A stretch of 64,000 bases of DNA. Origin: an uncultured Gemmatimonadales bacterium. GTDB taxonomy: Bacteria > Gemmatimonadota > Gemmatimonadetes > Gemmatimonadales > GWC2-71-9. The translations under genes were made by a program, and so were the position numbers. The stretch lies in contig CAWGED010000019.1 of NCBI GenBank assembly GCA_963821525.1, forward strand, positions 672,001-736,000. Reading direction: 5' to 3'. Below, piece by piece: positions 31,541 to 42,603 of this stretch (positions are counted from its first letter, which is position 1; every line of letters starts with the position of its first letter). A model generated the notes under the pieces. The model saw only the letters and a program-made list of their open reading frames with translations. It had not been told where the DNA came from and ran no database searches.

Positions 31541-33675
31541 CAGGGTGGCAAGGAGTGGTGAGCGGGCGCAGTGAGTGAGGCCGGCGATGACTCCAGTGTA
31601 AGCGCCTGAGTCGGGGTGTCGCCGTCGCGCCTCAAGAGGCCGGAGGAGAGCAGGCAGTACATGGTCGCGCCCCGATCGGCGTTATTCTCGGCCCAGAGCC
31701 TGCCCCCGTGCGCGGCGACAATCGTTCGGGAAATCGACAGACCCAGCCCAAGTCCCTCGGGCTTGGTAGTGACAAACGGCTCGAAGAGACGGTCCAGCAG
31801 GGTCGACGGAATCCCGGTTCCACAGTCCCGAATCGAGATCAGGATGTTGTTCCGGGTATCGGCATTGGCGATAAGCGTCAATCGCCGATCCGACGCCGCC
31901 GTGGTGTTCATCGCCTCGCAGGCATTGATGATCAGGTTGAGTAACACCTGCTGGAGCTGCACCCGGTCCCCAAGCACCGGCGGAAGATCCCGGGCCACGA
32001 GGGCGGTGGAGGTGACCCGCCGGGTAATCAGCTCCGCGTGAGCCAGCTCGAGCACTTCGGACAGGAGCTCCCGGATATCCATCGGCTGAAGGTGAGTGTC
32101 GCCCCGCTTGAGCAGGGCCCGCAGGCGTCGGATGACCTGGGCGGCGCGTTGGTCCTCGGAGGCGATGTCTGCCAGAATCGCGTCCAGTTCGTCCAGGTCG
32201 GCAGGCTGCCGCTTGAGGAGCCGTCTGGCGGCCTCCGCGTTACTGGAGATCGAAGTGAGCGGTTGATTCAGCTCGTGCGCCAGCGCGCCGGAGAGCTGAC
32301 CCAATACCGCGACGCGCGCGAGGTGGGAGAGCTCACGCCGCTGCTCCTCAATTTGCATCTGAGCTCTGGCGGCGGGCCGTCACATTCGCCCGCGTCACGA
32401 CCACGCCGCCGTCCGGTCGCGCCAGCGCTTCAAGGCTCAAGGCGTAGCGCTCCCGGTGGCCGTCCTGTTCGTCATCGTACTCCATCTCAAAACGGCGACT
32501 TTCGTGGTGAAGCACCCCCTGGATACCCGCCAACGTGCGTATCGCCGTCGTATCCCCCCGTTCGGCGGCGAAACGACAGGCCGCCACGTAATCGTCTCCC
32601 ACGCCCACCCGGTGGAACCGCTCGACGAGGGCGTTGTCGGCGAAGCGCCGCCAGGAATCGTTGACCTCCAGCACTATCCCGCGGGCGTCGAGGATGGCGA
32701 CATGGTCGTGAAGGGATGCCAGTAGCGCGTGATAGAGCTGCACGACCTTGTGGCGCCCGCTGTTCACCGCGGCGATGCAAAGCACCGGAAGCGTCGTCAG
32801 CAGCAGAAAGACCTGCAACAGCAGGACGTTGGTATCGGTTGGGGTCGCCATGAAAGGGCCGGTGCCGCGATCGGCGGCCCAGATCGCACCAAACGCCACG
32901 AGGGTCAAGGCCAGACTGGCTCCTGCGGGGCCAAAGCGCAGCGCGGCCCAGATCAACACTGGCAGCGGGGAGTAAAGCGGCAGAGCGACGTGCCAGGGGT
33001 GACGGTCGCGCCACAGGAGCGCCACGGCACAGGTCACGACGAGTGCCACCGTCAGCAGGATGGCCTCGAGGATCCGTCGGCCGTTCGATCCGACGAGACC
33101 ACAGGCTCGGGGCGCCGGCAATGGTGAGCACCAGTGCCGGCAGAAGGGTCAGGCCGGTGAGCGCGTTCGACATGAACCAACCGCGCCAGGGATCCCAGTA
33201 CGTCGTGGCCCCTCCATGCAGCACCACGTCCGCCGCCCCGAGCGTCGCCCCCACCGCCGGCGCGATGATCACCGCGCCGAGGACGAAGAGACCCAGCGCC
33301 CGAACGCTTTCCAGCCGGGGCGGGCCGCCGAACGCCCAATGCAGCAACAGGGCAGCGGTGAGGGCACGCGCGATATTGGCAACATCGGCCAGCACCACCC
33401 ACGTGAGGCTCCACTGGGGCCAGTGGGTGATGAAGTGCGCGATGGCACCGACGAGGATGTACCAGACCCAATCGCGCCGGGCCGAGAGGATGAGAGCCGC
33501 CAGTGAGGATGGCGTAGGGTGGGAACATGACGGCAGCGCCCACTTCCGGGTACTGCAAGAGGGCGCCCGCGGCATTGCCGAGCAGGATGGCCGGCGCGAA
33601 CAACAGGAGACCAGGCGCAAGGGGGATGATCCCTGCGTCGGCCTTGGGAGCATAGCCGGGCCGTGGTTCGCTCAT
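31540..33675 (-). CDS. MASE1-PAS sensor histidine kinase (frameshifts near 33500, 33090 and 32360)
   Basis: MASE1-like TM region (WFMSNALTGL, WAALRFG), PAS-like (VAILDARG..LEVN..W), H-box LAHELNQPL, HATPase EPFVTTK/GLGLGL. Confidence 0.8.
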
Positions 33676-33888
33676 GAAGGTGCCGCTTGTTCCAGGGGAG
33701 CACGGAGCCGTCGGTGCTCCGACCAACTCCGCACTGAATATGACTGAACACTACGCTACCGGCTACCGCCTCTTGTCACGAGGTGCTGTCGGCAGGTTCA
33801 GCCACGGCGCCGGTCAGCCAGTTCAAGACGTAACGCGCCGTCGTGCAGACCATGGATGCCGTTCCTAACGACTATACATTTAGAGAGA

Positions 33889-34713
33889 ATGCCTGAACTG
33901 CCCGAAGTCGAAACCATCGTCCAGGATATTCGGCCGGACCTGGTTGGCCGGACCATCCGGCGAGCCTCTCTGTCCCACGTCGATGTGTTGCGGGGAGTCA
34001 CTCGACCAAAGCTGCTCGCGGCCCTGAAGGGGGCCGCCATTCGCAGCGTGACCCGGCGAGCGAAGCACGCCGTCATCGCGCTCGGAGAGCGGCGTCTGGT
34101 GATCCAGCCGGGGATGACCGGATCGCTCACCGTTCGAAGAGATCCACTGAGCCGGGACGAGGCGAAATACGCCGTTCTCCGGGCTCCGCTCGATTCCGGT
34201 CGCGAACTGGTCTACCAGGATGTACGGCGACTCGGCACCCTGTTGCTCCTCAACGAGCGGCAATGGGCGGCATACGACGCCGCCATCGGGCCCGAGCCGC
34301 TGGAGCCGGGTTTCACGGCCGGGGCATTTCAGGCCTCACTCAAACGCACCCGGCAGGCCATCAAGAAGGCGCTGATGGACCAGAAGCTCATCGCCGGCGT
34401 GGGAAACATCTACGCGAACGAGGCGCTCTTCGCGGCGGGCATTGATCCGTCCCGCTCCGCGTCGTCGTTAAGCAAGGATGAATATGGCCGGCTCTTCGTC
34501 GAGCTCCGGCGCATCCTGAGCGCCGCCATCGAGGCCGAGGGCACAACGTTTCGGGACTATCGCACCGGCACCGGTGAACCCGGGAATTTCCAGCTCGAGT
34601 TGCTGGTCTACGGCCGGGAAGGTGAACCCTGCCGTCGCTGCGGGACGCGACTGGTGGGGACGCACACGATTGATGCGCGGATTACCGTGTTCTGCTATAG
34701 GTGTCAGCGGTGA
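33889..34713 (+). CDS. mutM: Formamidopyrimidine-DNA glycosylase
   Basis: MPELPEVET, GMTG, DVRRLG, GVGNIYANE, C-terminal zinc finger. Confidence 0.96.
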   Translation: MPELPEVETIVQDIRPDLVGRTIRRASLSHVDVLRGVTRPKLLAALKGAAIRSVTRRAKHAVIALGERRLVIQPGMTGSLTVRRDPLSRDEAKYAVLRAPLDSGRELVYQDVRRLGTLLLLNERQWAAYDAAIGPEPLEPGFTAGAFQASLKRTRQAIKKALMDQKLIAGVGNIYANEALFAAGIDPSRSASSLSKDEYGRLFVELRRILSAAIEAEGTTFRDYRTGTGEPGNFQLELLVYGREGEPCRRCGTRLVGTHTIDARITVFCYRCQR

Positions 34714-34716
34714 AAT

Positions 34717-34860
34717 AGGCAGGGAGTAGGTTGTAGGGTGGTGGGGAGTGGGGCGTGTACCTGTCGCTCGACTTGTGACCACAGGCTCCAGACTCCAGAC
34801 TCCAGACTCCGACTCCCTACTCCCTACTCCCTACTCCCTACTCCCCACTCACCCACAACC
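34717..34860. repeat. Inverted heptamer-array element, AGGGAGT family plus CTCCAGA units
   Basis: AGGGAGT AGGTTGT.. ... CTCCAGA x3 then TCCCTAC x4. Confidence 0.88.
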
Positions 34861-34861
34861 T

Positions 34862-35955
34862 GTGACCCGTTCACCCACGCTCGCCCTTCCAACCACCGAC
34901 CTCGTTCGGCTCAAGGAACGGGTGCGTCGATTGGCGGAGGATCGGCCCGGGGTCTATCGGATGCTCGACCCGCGCGGCCGGGTGATCTACGTGGGCAAAG
35001 CGAAGCAGGTCCGGACTCGGCTGCTCTCCTATTTCCGGGCCGACCATCCTGACGAGAAGGCCGCGCGCATTCTCCACGCCGCCGCCGACATCGCCTGGGA
35101 TTATGTGCCGAGCGAGTTCGCGGCCTATCTGGGCGAGCTGCGGCAGATCGTTCGCCACCGGCCGATGTTCAACCAGCGGATGAACCGGACGCGAAAGACC
35201 TTGTTCATCCGAGTCCAGGGAGGTTCCGCGCCCAAGGTGTCGGCAGGAGGTCCTCTGGATGAGAGTGCCCGGTGCTACGGCCCATTCATCAGCGCGGAAC
35301 GGGTGCGGGATGCCGTCCGGGGCATCAATGACCTTCTCGGTCTCCGGGACTGCGCGCCGAACATGCCCATGGTCTTCGCCGGGCAGACCGATCTGTTCGA
35401 CGTGGAAAGGCGCGCCGCCTGCATGCGTCACGATTTCGGCTTCTGCACCGGTCCATGCGCCGGCTTCGTGACCGAGAGGGAATATCTCCGTCGGGTGGAC
35501 ACGGCCGTCGCCTTCCTCGAGGGGCGTACCATCCAGCCGCTCGACCGGGTGATCAACGAGATGCAGCAGGCGGCCGATGCCGGCGAGTTCGAGCGCGCGA
35601 CAGTGTGGCGGGAGCGATTCGAGCGGCTGGAATGGCTGCTGGCGGCGATCGCGCGAGCACGTACCGCGGTAGATGGGCTGAGCTTTGTCTATCGCGATCC
35701 GGGACTCAAGGGAGACGATCGCGCCTACCTGATCCGCCAAGGGCGTAGTGCTCGCGTCGTATCCTTTTCCCTCAACACCGATAGAGCAGGAAGCCTTCCG
35801 CGCGGTGGTGAAGGATGCGTTGTCCAGCTCCGGCGCCCTCTGCCGGTCCCCTGCCCTCATGCCACCTGGATGAGATCCTGCTCGTGATGTCGTGGTTCCG
35901 TCGCCATCCGCAGGCGTTCCGCCGTACCACGCCCCTCAATTCCTGGGTGGCCTGA
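34862..35955 (+). CDS. UvrC/Cho-like GIY-YIG nuclease with UVR domain (C-terminal frameshifts)
   Basis: PGVYRM...IYVGKAK..R.RL.SYF, Cys cluster C..C.....C.GPC, UVR motif MQQAA...EFERA; no RNase H/HhH part. Confidence 0.8.
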
Positions 35956-38131
35956 ATGCGTGGCCGGCTGCTGCTCGCGGCCCTTGCCGGCATCCCCTTC
36001 GTGCTCGGCGCGCAGGAAGCACCCGAGCGGGCAGCGCTCCAGCGCCTCCAGGATTCCCTTGCCTCGGTTCGTGATACCCTCGCTCTCCGCCGCCTCGACC
36101 GCTGGCTGGAGGCTGGCGCAGGGGGAACCGTTCGAGGGGGAGGACTCCTCCTCAGGCGCAGCCTCGTCCGAATCAGGATGGGTCAGCTCGGCGATGGCTG
36201 GAATCTCGGCGCCGCCCAACGACTCGCCCGCCAGGCGACAAAATCGCAGCCCGATTGGCCCGCGGCCTGGTACCTGAGCGGTCTCGCCTCCCAGGAGATG
36301 GGGCGTTGGCGCGCCGAGACAGGATCCAATCTCGGAACCCGAGTGGGATTCAGCGCCCTCGAGGGACGCGGCCCGGCAATACCTCCAGGCACTCGCGATC
36401 GATCCTGGGTACCTCCCCGCGCTGCGCGCCTTGAACGAGGTCGCCTCCGTCCTCGAGGACACGACCCTGATCCGCTCGACGGTACTGCCCGCGCTCCGCC
36501 GCGCTGGAGCGACGGATACCGGAAACGACGCCGTCATCCTGCTTGCGCGAGGCCGGTACGAGCGGCTGATGGGAGACGCCGATTCTTCTCTGCCGCGCTG
36601 CGGGTGTACGCCGAGCCTGGAGAAGAGAAACGGCGCGGCATTACATGAGCTGGCATGGAGTGCGGCCCTGGCCGGAGACAGCAACGCCGTGCGGGTCTAC
36701 TACGAGGGCGCTTCCTCCGACGACTCGGCCGCGGTTGTGGCCTACCGTTCGGACCTTGAGCTGCTGGCCGACGACAGTACACTCGCAGCCTTCGACTCGA
36801 CGAACGGAGAAGCGCGCACCGAATTCCTCCGTCGCTTCTGGACTCTGCGCGACCGCCGGGACCTCCGCACCGAAGGCCAGCGTCTGCTGGAGCACTTCCG
36901 CCGTCGCACCTACGCCGAGCGCCATTTCGCATTGCTCACCAATCGGCGATTGAGCTCCATCGACGATATCTACCGGTCAGCGGGTCTGCCTTTCGACGAC
37001 CGCGGCATGGTCTACCTGCGCCAAGGAGAGCCCGACGAAATCATCCATCCCGTTCTTGCCGGGATGATGCCTAACGAGACATGGGTCTATCGCCGCGGCG
37101 AAGGAGACCTGCTGCTCCACTTCAAGGGCGGCGGCGCCTACACGGTCGGCGGGGATATCCAGGACTACCGCCTGGTGAGGAGCATCTTCGAATTGGGCGC
37201 CGGGTCCGATGCGCAGATCGAAATGCTGCTGGCCTCTCGGGCCGACCTCCTGGATGTCTACGCCAAGTTCCTCAACTGGGGCCAGTACGCCCGAGCTCGC
37301 GCGGCGGACCGGGAGCAGGAGATCGTGGAGGGCAGCATCGAGGTGGCGACAGTTACCGATGCCAACGTGCGGCATTATCGGAGGAGCATCGCGTCAGAGG
37401 CCGACGCCGTGGCGATGGGTGAACTCGACGGGTCTCCGCTGGTACACCTCGTGCATCGCCGTTCCGCTGGAAGACGAGCAGCGTAGATGCGGACCAGGTT
37501 CGGTTGCCCGTCAGGATTCGGGTGGGCTTCTACGATGCGTCGGGCGTTCCCGGTCCGGCCTTCGATCGCGACACGGTGCTCAAGGTGCGGAGGACGGAGG
37601 ACGGTCTCGAAGCCCAGGGCCACCTGGAGTTCGCACTCCCGCCCGGCGCGTGGCTGTACCGAGTCAGTGTCGAAACCAGCGACTCGACCGGGAGGATTCT
37701 GCCGGAGGATTCCGTTCGAGTCGAGCCGGTCAGCGGATCTCCGCTCTCGTTGAGCGGCATCGCCCTGGGGACCCGGTCGAAGGGAGTGGAATGGGTTTCG
37801 GCGCCGGGAGATACCGCGGTCTTCAACCCCCGTGCGACATTCGATCCCGCGGATCAAGTCGAGCTGTATTTCGAGGCGTACGGCCTGGAGACCACGCAGC
37901 CGGTTCGGACCGAAGTCCGGATCGCTCAAGGCAAGCGCGATGCACTGCGATTGAGTTACGAGCAACCGGTCTCCGGCACCCCACTCCGAGTTCGTCGCTC
38001 CCTCGACATCGCGAATGTGAAGCCGGGTAGGTACCGGCTCGAGGTGCGAGTGAGTGACACAGAGCGGAGAGGAAGCGACGACTGCGAGGGAAATCGAAGT
38101 GAAGCGACGGACGGCGCGAGACTCGAAGTAG
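35956..38131 (+). CDS. GWxTD-domain exported protein (several frameshifts)
   Basis: Signal peptide, TPR-like helices, FW..RD....EHFRR..YA...F, DDRGMVYLRQGEPD, ETWVY; C-terminal Ig-like PGRYRLEVRVSD. Confidence 0.7.
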
Positions 38132-38133
38132 TC

Positions 38134-38775
38134 TCAGGGCCCGCCCTCGAGTCGAACCGGCGCCCACCAGTCAGGACGCCGCTCGAGCATGGTGGGTTGA
38201 ACAGCACCGGCCGCCTGAGGCCAGATGTACCAACCCTGCGGTGAGTCGTCGAAGACTCGGAATGCCATTCGAGGCAAGTCTCCCGCCTTCGCCTCGCGGA
38301 AATACGCCTGATCCAGCTTGAGTTCGAGCGACCACCCGGTCGGACGATTCTCCGTCCGAACTTCCCACCCGCCACCTTCCCGATCCTTTCCCAGTCGCCA
38401 ATCCGGATCATCCCTCGGCGGCTGCCATTTTCCGTTCTTTCCTCGGAAGACGACACTGCTATCGATCATGCGGCGGAAATACCACTGGAAGTCGTCGTGG
38501 TCCGGAGCTGGCGAGGCGTCGCCCTGGGTGTCCATGCTGATGACGAGATCATCCCCCCAGTAATAGGTCGAGTCCTCGATTTCCGCAGCGAGGTACACAC
38601 TTTCCTCCCACCGGGCGAGCCAGAGACGTACGACGCCTCCCGGACGCTGGATCAGGCAGGATGGGGTTCCCCACTCTCCTGCTGTCGCACGACCGTCGAA
38701 GACCGGAGCGGTACTCGCGGTGGTCACCCGGAGCGTATCGGCAACGAGACCCAGAACCAGCAGCGCGGGGATCAT
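38134..38775 (-). CDS. Exported DOMON/CBM9-like protein
   Basis: Signal-like start; APVFDG...EW, YLAAEIED, GDDL.I..D, WSLELK. Confidence 0.55.
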   Translation of the reverse strand: MIPALLVLGLVADTLRVTTASTAPVFDGRATAGEWGTPSCLIQRPGGVVRLWLARWEESVYLAAEIEDSTYYWGDDLVISMDTQGDASPAPDHDDFQWYFRRMIDSSVVFRGKNGKWQPPRDDPDWRLGKDREGGGWEVRTENRPTGWSLELKLDQAYFREAKAGDLPRMAFRVFDDSPQGWYIWPQAAGAVQPTMLERRPDWWAPVRLEGGP

Positions 38776-38781
38776 CCGATT

Positions 38782-39273
38782 TCAGTCTTCGTCCAGGCCG
38801 AGTAAAGGCACGAGACGCGCGCGCGGCGGGAGGCCGGCCTCGAGCTCCATGATGCCGACAGTCGGAGGGAGATTGAACCGCCGCCGGCCGGCGCCTCCCG
38901 GGTTCATCACGGTGACGACCACATCGAGTGTTACCAGGAGCGGCTTGTGGGTGTGGCCGAAGACGATCACTTCGGCCTCGGGGTAGGCCTCGTACAGCAA
39001 TTCCGGAGTGGGAGAGCCGAACTGATCTCCGTGGGTAACCACGAAGTCGAGCCCTTCTATCCTGGCCTGGACCACGTCCGGTAATCGGCTCCGAAGCTCG
39101 GATCCGTCAGTGTTGCCGTAGACCGCGGTGACCGGCGCAATCGCCTCGAGCTCATCAAGGAGTGCCGCCGGACCGATGTCCCCCGCGTGAAGAATATGGT
39201 CAACCTCGCGGAAGACCTCGAAGACCTCGGGCCGGAGAAGCCCATGAGTATCAGAGATGATGCCGAGGCGCAT
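38782..39273 (-). CDS. YfcE/MJ0936-family metallophosphoesterase
   Basis: SDTH, HAGD, GNTD, THG, GHTH, NPG. Confidence 0.92.
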   Translation of the reverse strand: MRLGIISDTHGLLRPEVFEVFREVDHILHAGDIGPAALLDELEAIAPVTAVYGNTDGSELRSRLPDVVQARIEGLDFVVTHGDQFGSPTPELLYEAYPEAEVIVFGHTHKPLLVTLDVVVTVMNPGGAGRRRFNLPPTVGIMELEAGLPPRARLVPLLGLDED

Positions 39274-39279
39274 CGTGGG

Positions 39280-39385
39280 GATTGAAGATTCGAAAGATTT
39301 AAGATTTCAAATTGAACAGCCTCTAGGTCGCATATCCCTTCTGATGCGCCCAAATCTTCAATCTGAAATCTTAAATCTTCAATTC
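39280..39385. repeat. Inverted heptamer-array element, GATTGAA family
   Basis: GATTGAA GATTCGA AAGATTT AAGATTT ... AAATCTT CAATCTG AAATCTT AAATCTT. Confidence 0.85.
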
Positions 39386-39963
39386 TCTCCCTTCCAACTT
39401 TTCCCAACGTCCACCTCCACCCCCAGCTGATCGATGACTCGCTGCACCACAAAATCCACCAGCTCGCCGATCTGGGTCGGGCGGTGATAGAAGCCGGGTG
39501 CCGCGGGGATTACGACGGCGCCGGCTTCGGTGACCGAGACGAGGTTGCGGAGATGAATCAGGGAGAGAGGAGTCTCCCGGGGGACCAGGATCAGCTTGCG
39601 CCGTTCCTTGAGCACCACGTCCGCGGCACGCTCGACCAGTGAACGGCTGGTGCCGCCCGCGATCGCCGCCACGGTGCCCATCGAACAGGGACAGATGACC
39701 ATCCCGGCGGTCTTGACCGAGCCCGATGCCGGTTTGGCGCCGCGATCGTCGTCGGGGTAGACCGTGACACTGGACCAGTCTCCTCCCGTTACCGCGCGGA
39801 GCCCCGCCTCATCGTTGATGCCGCACTCGGCGTGGAGCAGCCTCCACCCATGACTGGTTACGATCAGCCAGACGGGGAGTCGGTGACGCGCCAGAAGCTC
39901 CAGCAACCGCACGGCGTATGGCGCCCCCGAGGCACCGGTGATCGCGAGGACGATCGGCAGCAC
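39379..39963 (-). CDS. ubiX: Flavin prenyltransferase
   Basis: ITGASGA, ASGS, PCSMGT, RAADVVLKERR, PRETPL, PGFY. Confidence 0.95.
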   Translation of the reverse strand: MLPIVLAITGASGAPYAVRLLELLARHRLPVWLIVTSHGWRLLHAECGINDEAGLRAVTGGDWSSVTVYPDDDRGAKPASGSVKTAGMVICPCSMGTVAAIAGGTSRSLVERAADVVLKERRKLILVPRETPLSLIHLRNLVSVTEAGAVVIPAAPGFYHRPTQIGELVDFVVQRVIDQLGVEVDVGKSWKGEN

Positions 39964-39966
39964 AGC

Positions 39967-40144
39967 TCAGCGTCCGCGGCGATTTGCCGTAGGGTTCCTC
40001 ACCGGGTGGCTTGGCGGGGGTGGCGGGGGTAGCTGGTCGCCGGGGAGCGACTCCTTAGTTCCTCGCTTGCCCTTCTGCGGATTGGGAGTCGTCCGCCTCC
40101 AGAATATGGGACTCCTGTTCTGTCTTCTTTCTTCGCCTGCTCAT
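39967..40144 (-). CDS. Small basic/Pro-rich ORF (29 aa to 40055, or ~58 aa to 39967 if one indel)
   Basis: GAGGAG RBS before ATG 40144; fills the ubiA-ubiX gap. Confidence 0.4.
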
Positions 40145-40163
40145 GGCTCTCCTCTCAGAGTGT

Positions 40164-41096
40164 TCATACCAGCCTGTCCACCAACGCGAATCCAAACACC
40201 GTGAGGCTCATGATGCCGTTCATCGTGAAGAAGGCGGCATCGAGCCGCGACAAATCGCCGGGCCTTACCAGCCGGTGCTCGTACGCCAGAATCAACGCCG
40301 CTGCACCCACACCGACATAGAACCAGGCGCCGAACCCCGCCCCCAGCCCGAACAGCACCAGGGCGGGAATGGTGATCCCGTGCAAGAGCTTCGCGAAGAG
40401 AATACTTCGCTTTTCACCGAGTCGCACGACCGCGCTGCGGAGTCCTTCACCCTTGTCGAACGCCTGATCAGGCAACGCGTAGAAGATGTCGAACCCAGCG
40501 ACCCAGGTGGCGACCGCGAGACTGACCGCGATCAAGGTCCACCAGGGGCTGCTCCAGGCCCCGGTGATCGCCAGATATCCTCCCACCGGAGCAATTGCCA
40601 GACTCATTCCCAGCCACAGGTGTGGCCACCAGGTGAATCTCTTGCTCAGGCTGTACAGCATGACCCAGCCGAGTGCGAGCGGGCTCAGGTAGAGACAGAG
40701 ACGGTTGAGACCGGCTGCAGAAGCGACGAAGAGCGCGGCAGCGATGACGACGGAGACCCAGGCCTGAGCAACACTCAGCGCCCCGCGGGGAAGCTCCCGG
40801 TTTTGAGTCCGCGGATTTCGCGCGTCGAACTCCCGGTCCACGATCCGATTGAAGGCCATCGCCACCCAGCGCGCCGCCGAGAACGCAATGACCACGAGGC
40901 CTACCTGCCGCCAGGTGACGCCACGCTGAAACGATGCTTCGAGAACACCGAGCAGGGCGAAGGGGAGCGCGAAGAGGGTGTGGGGCAGCTTGACCAGGTT
41001 GGCATAGCGAACCAGCAGGGACTCGCCGGCGAAGGTCTGGCCTTCCCGCCCGACCGGCAGTCGATGGTCAATAGTCGATGGTCGATGGTCTTTCAT
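40164..41096 (-). CDS. UbiA-family prenyltransferase (MqnP-like)
   Basis: KLPHTLFALPFA, FNRIVDREFDARNPRT..RELP, YSLSKRFT, GFDIFYALPD, AFFTMNG. Confidence 0.9.
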   Translation of the reverse strand: MKDHRPSTIDHRLPVGREGQTFAGESLLVRYANLVKLPHTLFALPFALLGVLEASFQRGVTWRQVGLVVIAFSAARWVAMAFNRIVDREFDARNPRTQNRELPRGALSVAQAWVSVVIAAALFVASAAGLNRLCLYLSPLALGWVMLYSLSKRFTWWPHLWLGMSLAIAPVGGYLAITGAWSSPWWTLIAVSLAVATWVAGFDIFYALPDQAFDKGEGLRSAVVRLGEKRSILFAKLLHGITIPALVLFGLGAGFGAWFYVGVGAAALILAYEHRLVRPGDLSRLDAAFFTMNGIMSLTVFGFALVDRLV

Positions 41097-41180
41097 CGCG
41101 ATGCCGACCTGCGCTCCTGTTTCCGGATCAAGGGACCATCGACCATTGACCACCGACCATTGACGATCGACCACCGACCG
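41060..41180. repeat. Inverted heptamer-array element, GTCGATG family, enclosing the ubiA start
   Basis: GTCGATG GTCAATA GTCGATG GTCGATG ... GACCATC GACCATT GACCACC GACCATT GACGATC GACCACC. Confidence 0.88.
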
Positions 41181-41181
41181 C

Positions 41182-41910
41182 TCATTTCCGGGTTCCGACG
41201 TGAATCGCGGCGATGCCGCCCAGGACGAGGCGGTAGTTCACGTCGCAGAATCCCTGAGTCGCAATTCGGGCTGAAAGCTCATCCGGTCCTGGAAACGCGA
41301 GCACCGAATCAGGCAGATAGGTATACGCGTCGCGATGTCGTGAGATGAGCCGGCCGATCAGCGGAAGCACTCGCCTGAAATAGAAGAAGTACAAGGAACG
41401 CATCGGTTCTCGCGGCGGGGTCGTGAATTCCAGGATCACGAACCTTGCACCCTTCTTGAGCACCCGCGCCGCCTCCGCCAGGCCCTGGTCCAGATCTGCC
41501 AGGTTGCGCACACCGAATCCGACGGTCGCTCCGTCAAACACCCCGCTATTGAATGGAAGCTCCAGGGCATCGGCGTTGAGAGGCAGGACCCGGTCGGATT
41601 TCTCGCGACCCAGCTGGAGCATGGGGAGGACGAAGTCCGCCCCGATCACCCGGCCGTCAAATCCCCGTTGACCGCCGAGGGCCGCCGCCAGGTCCAGAGT
41701 CCCCGCGCACAAATCGAGGAACAAGCCCTTGGGTGCCCGTCGCCAGTCCAGCCTCGCCACGGCTTGTCGCCGCCAGGTGGTATCCACGTTGAGACTGAGC
41801 AAGTGATTGAGAAAGTCGTAGCGGGGGGCGATGGAAGTGAACATCGCGCGGACGTACGACCGCTTCTCAGCGCCGGGCTGGAGGGGTAACTTACTATCTG
41901 TGGCTAACAT
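41182..41910 (-). CDS. ubiE: Ubiquinone/menaquinone biosynthesis methyltransferase (UbiE/MenG)
   Basis: MF.SIAPRYDFLNHLLS, LDLCAGT, FGVRN, AYTYLPDSV. Confidence 0.9.
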   Translation of the reverse strand: MLATDSKLPLQPGAEKRSYVRAMFTSIAPRYDFLNHLLSLNVDTTWRRQAVARLDWRRAPKGLFLDLCAGTLDLAAALGGQRGFDGRVIGADFVLPMLQLGREKSDRVLPLNADALELPFNSGVFDGATVGFGVRNLADLDQGLAEAARVLKKGARFVILEFTTPPREPMRSLYFFYFRRVLPLIGRLISRHRDAYTYLPDSVLAFPGPDELSARIATQGFCDVNYRLVLGGIAAIHVGTRK

Positions 41911-41963
41911 AGGCGCGCAATGTAGTCCCCGGCGAACCGGCTCCGCAAGCCGACGGCTGGCCC

Positions 41964-42566
41964 ATGGCTGAGCCGCGGGAACTCGTCACTCTCACCGATC
42001 AGGAAGTCGTTGCCCTCGCCCGGGACGGCCGCGAAGCCGCCTACCGCGAGTTGATCCGCAGATACGAGCGCCCGGTGTTCTCGCTGGTCCTTCGGATGGT
42101 GCGTGATCGGCAACTCGCGGAAGACCTTTCTCAAGAAACCTTCATCAAAGCGCTCAACGCGATTGGATCGTACCGGCCGGAGTACAAATTCTCCAGCTGG
42201 ATCTTCAAGATCGCGAACAATGCCGCGATCGATCATCTGAGACGTCGCGAGCTGGACACCCTGTCGCTCGACGGGGCGCCGCACGCTGCGACACCGGAAG
42301 AAATCGAAGCCACGGCCCTCCAGGTGGGAGACAAGGGGGAAACGCCTCTCGAAGAACTCGAGGCTCGTGAGCTGGGCAGCGCCATCGAGCGTGCCATCGC
42401 GCAACTCCGACCGGAGTATCGCGCCTGCATTCTGCTGCGTCATGTCGAGGGTCTGGCGTATGAAGAAATCGCCCAATCGCTCGACCTGCCGCTCGGTACT
42501 GTGAAGACCTATATCCATCGTGCTCGACACGAACTCAGAGACCTTCTCGCACATCTGAAACAGTGA
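41964..42566 (+). CDS. ECF RNA polymerase sigma factor (SigW-like)
   Basis: AEDLSQETFIKA, FSSWIFKIANN, YEEIA..L.LPLGTVKTYIHRAR. Confidence 0.93.
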   Translation: MAEPRELVTLTDQEVVALARDGREAAYRELIRRYERPVFSLVLRMVRDRQLAEDLSQETFIKALNAIGSYRPEYKFSSWIFKIANNAAIDHLRRRELDTLSLDGAPHAATPEEIEATALQVGDKGETPLEELEARELGSAIERAIAQLRPEYRACILLRHVEGLAYEEIAQSLDLPLGTVKTYIHRARHELRDLLAHLKQ

Positions 42567-42590
42567 AACCCATGTCCACACCCCGCCGTA
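42564..42590 (+). promoter_or_regulatory. SigW-type promoter motif between sigma and anti-sigma genes
   Basis: TGAAAC-N17-CGTA; the -35 element overlaps the sigma stop codon. Confidence 0.5.
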
Positions 42591-42603
42591 AAGCCACGCG
42601 TCT

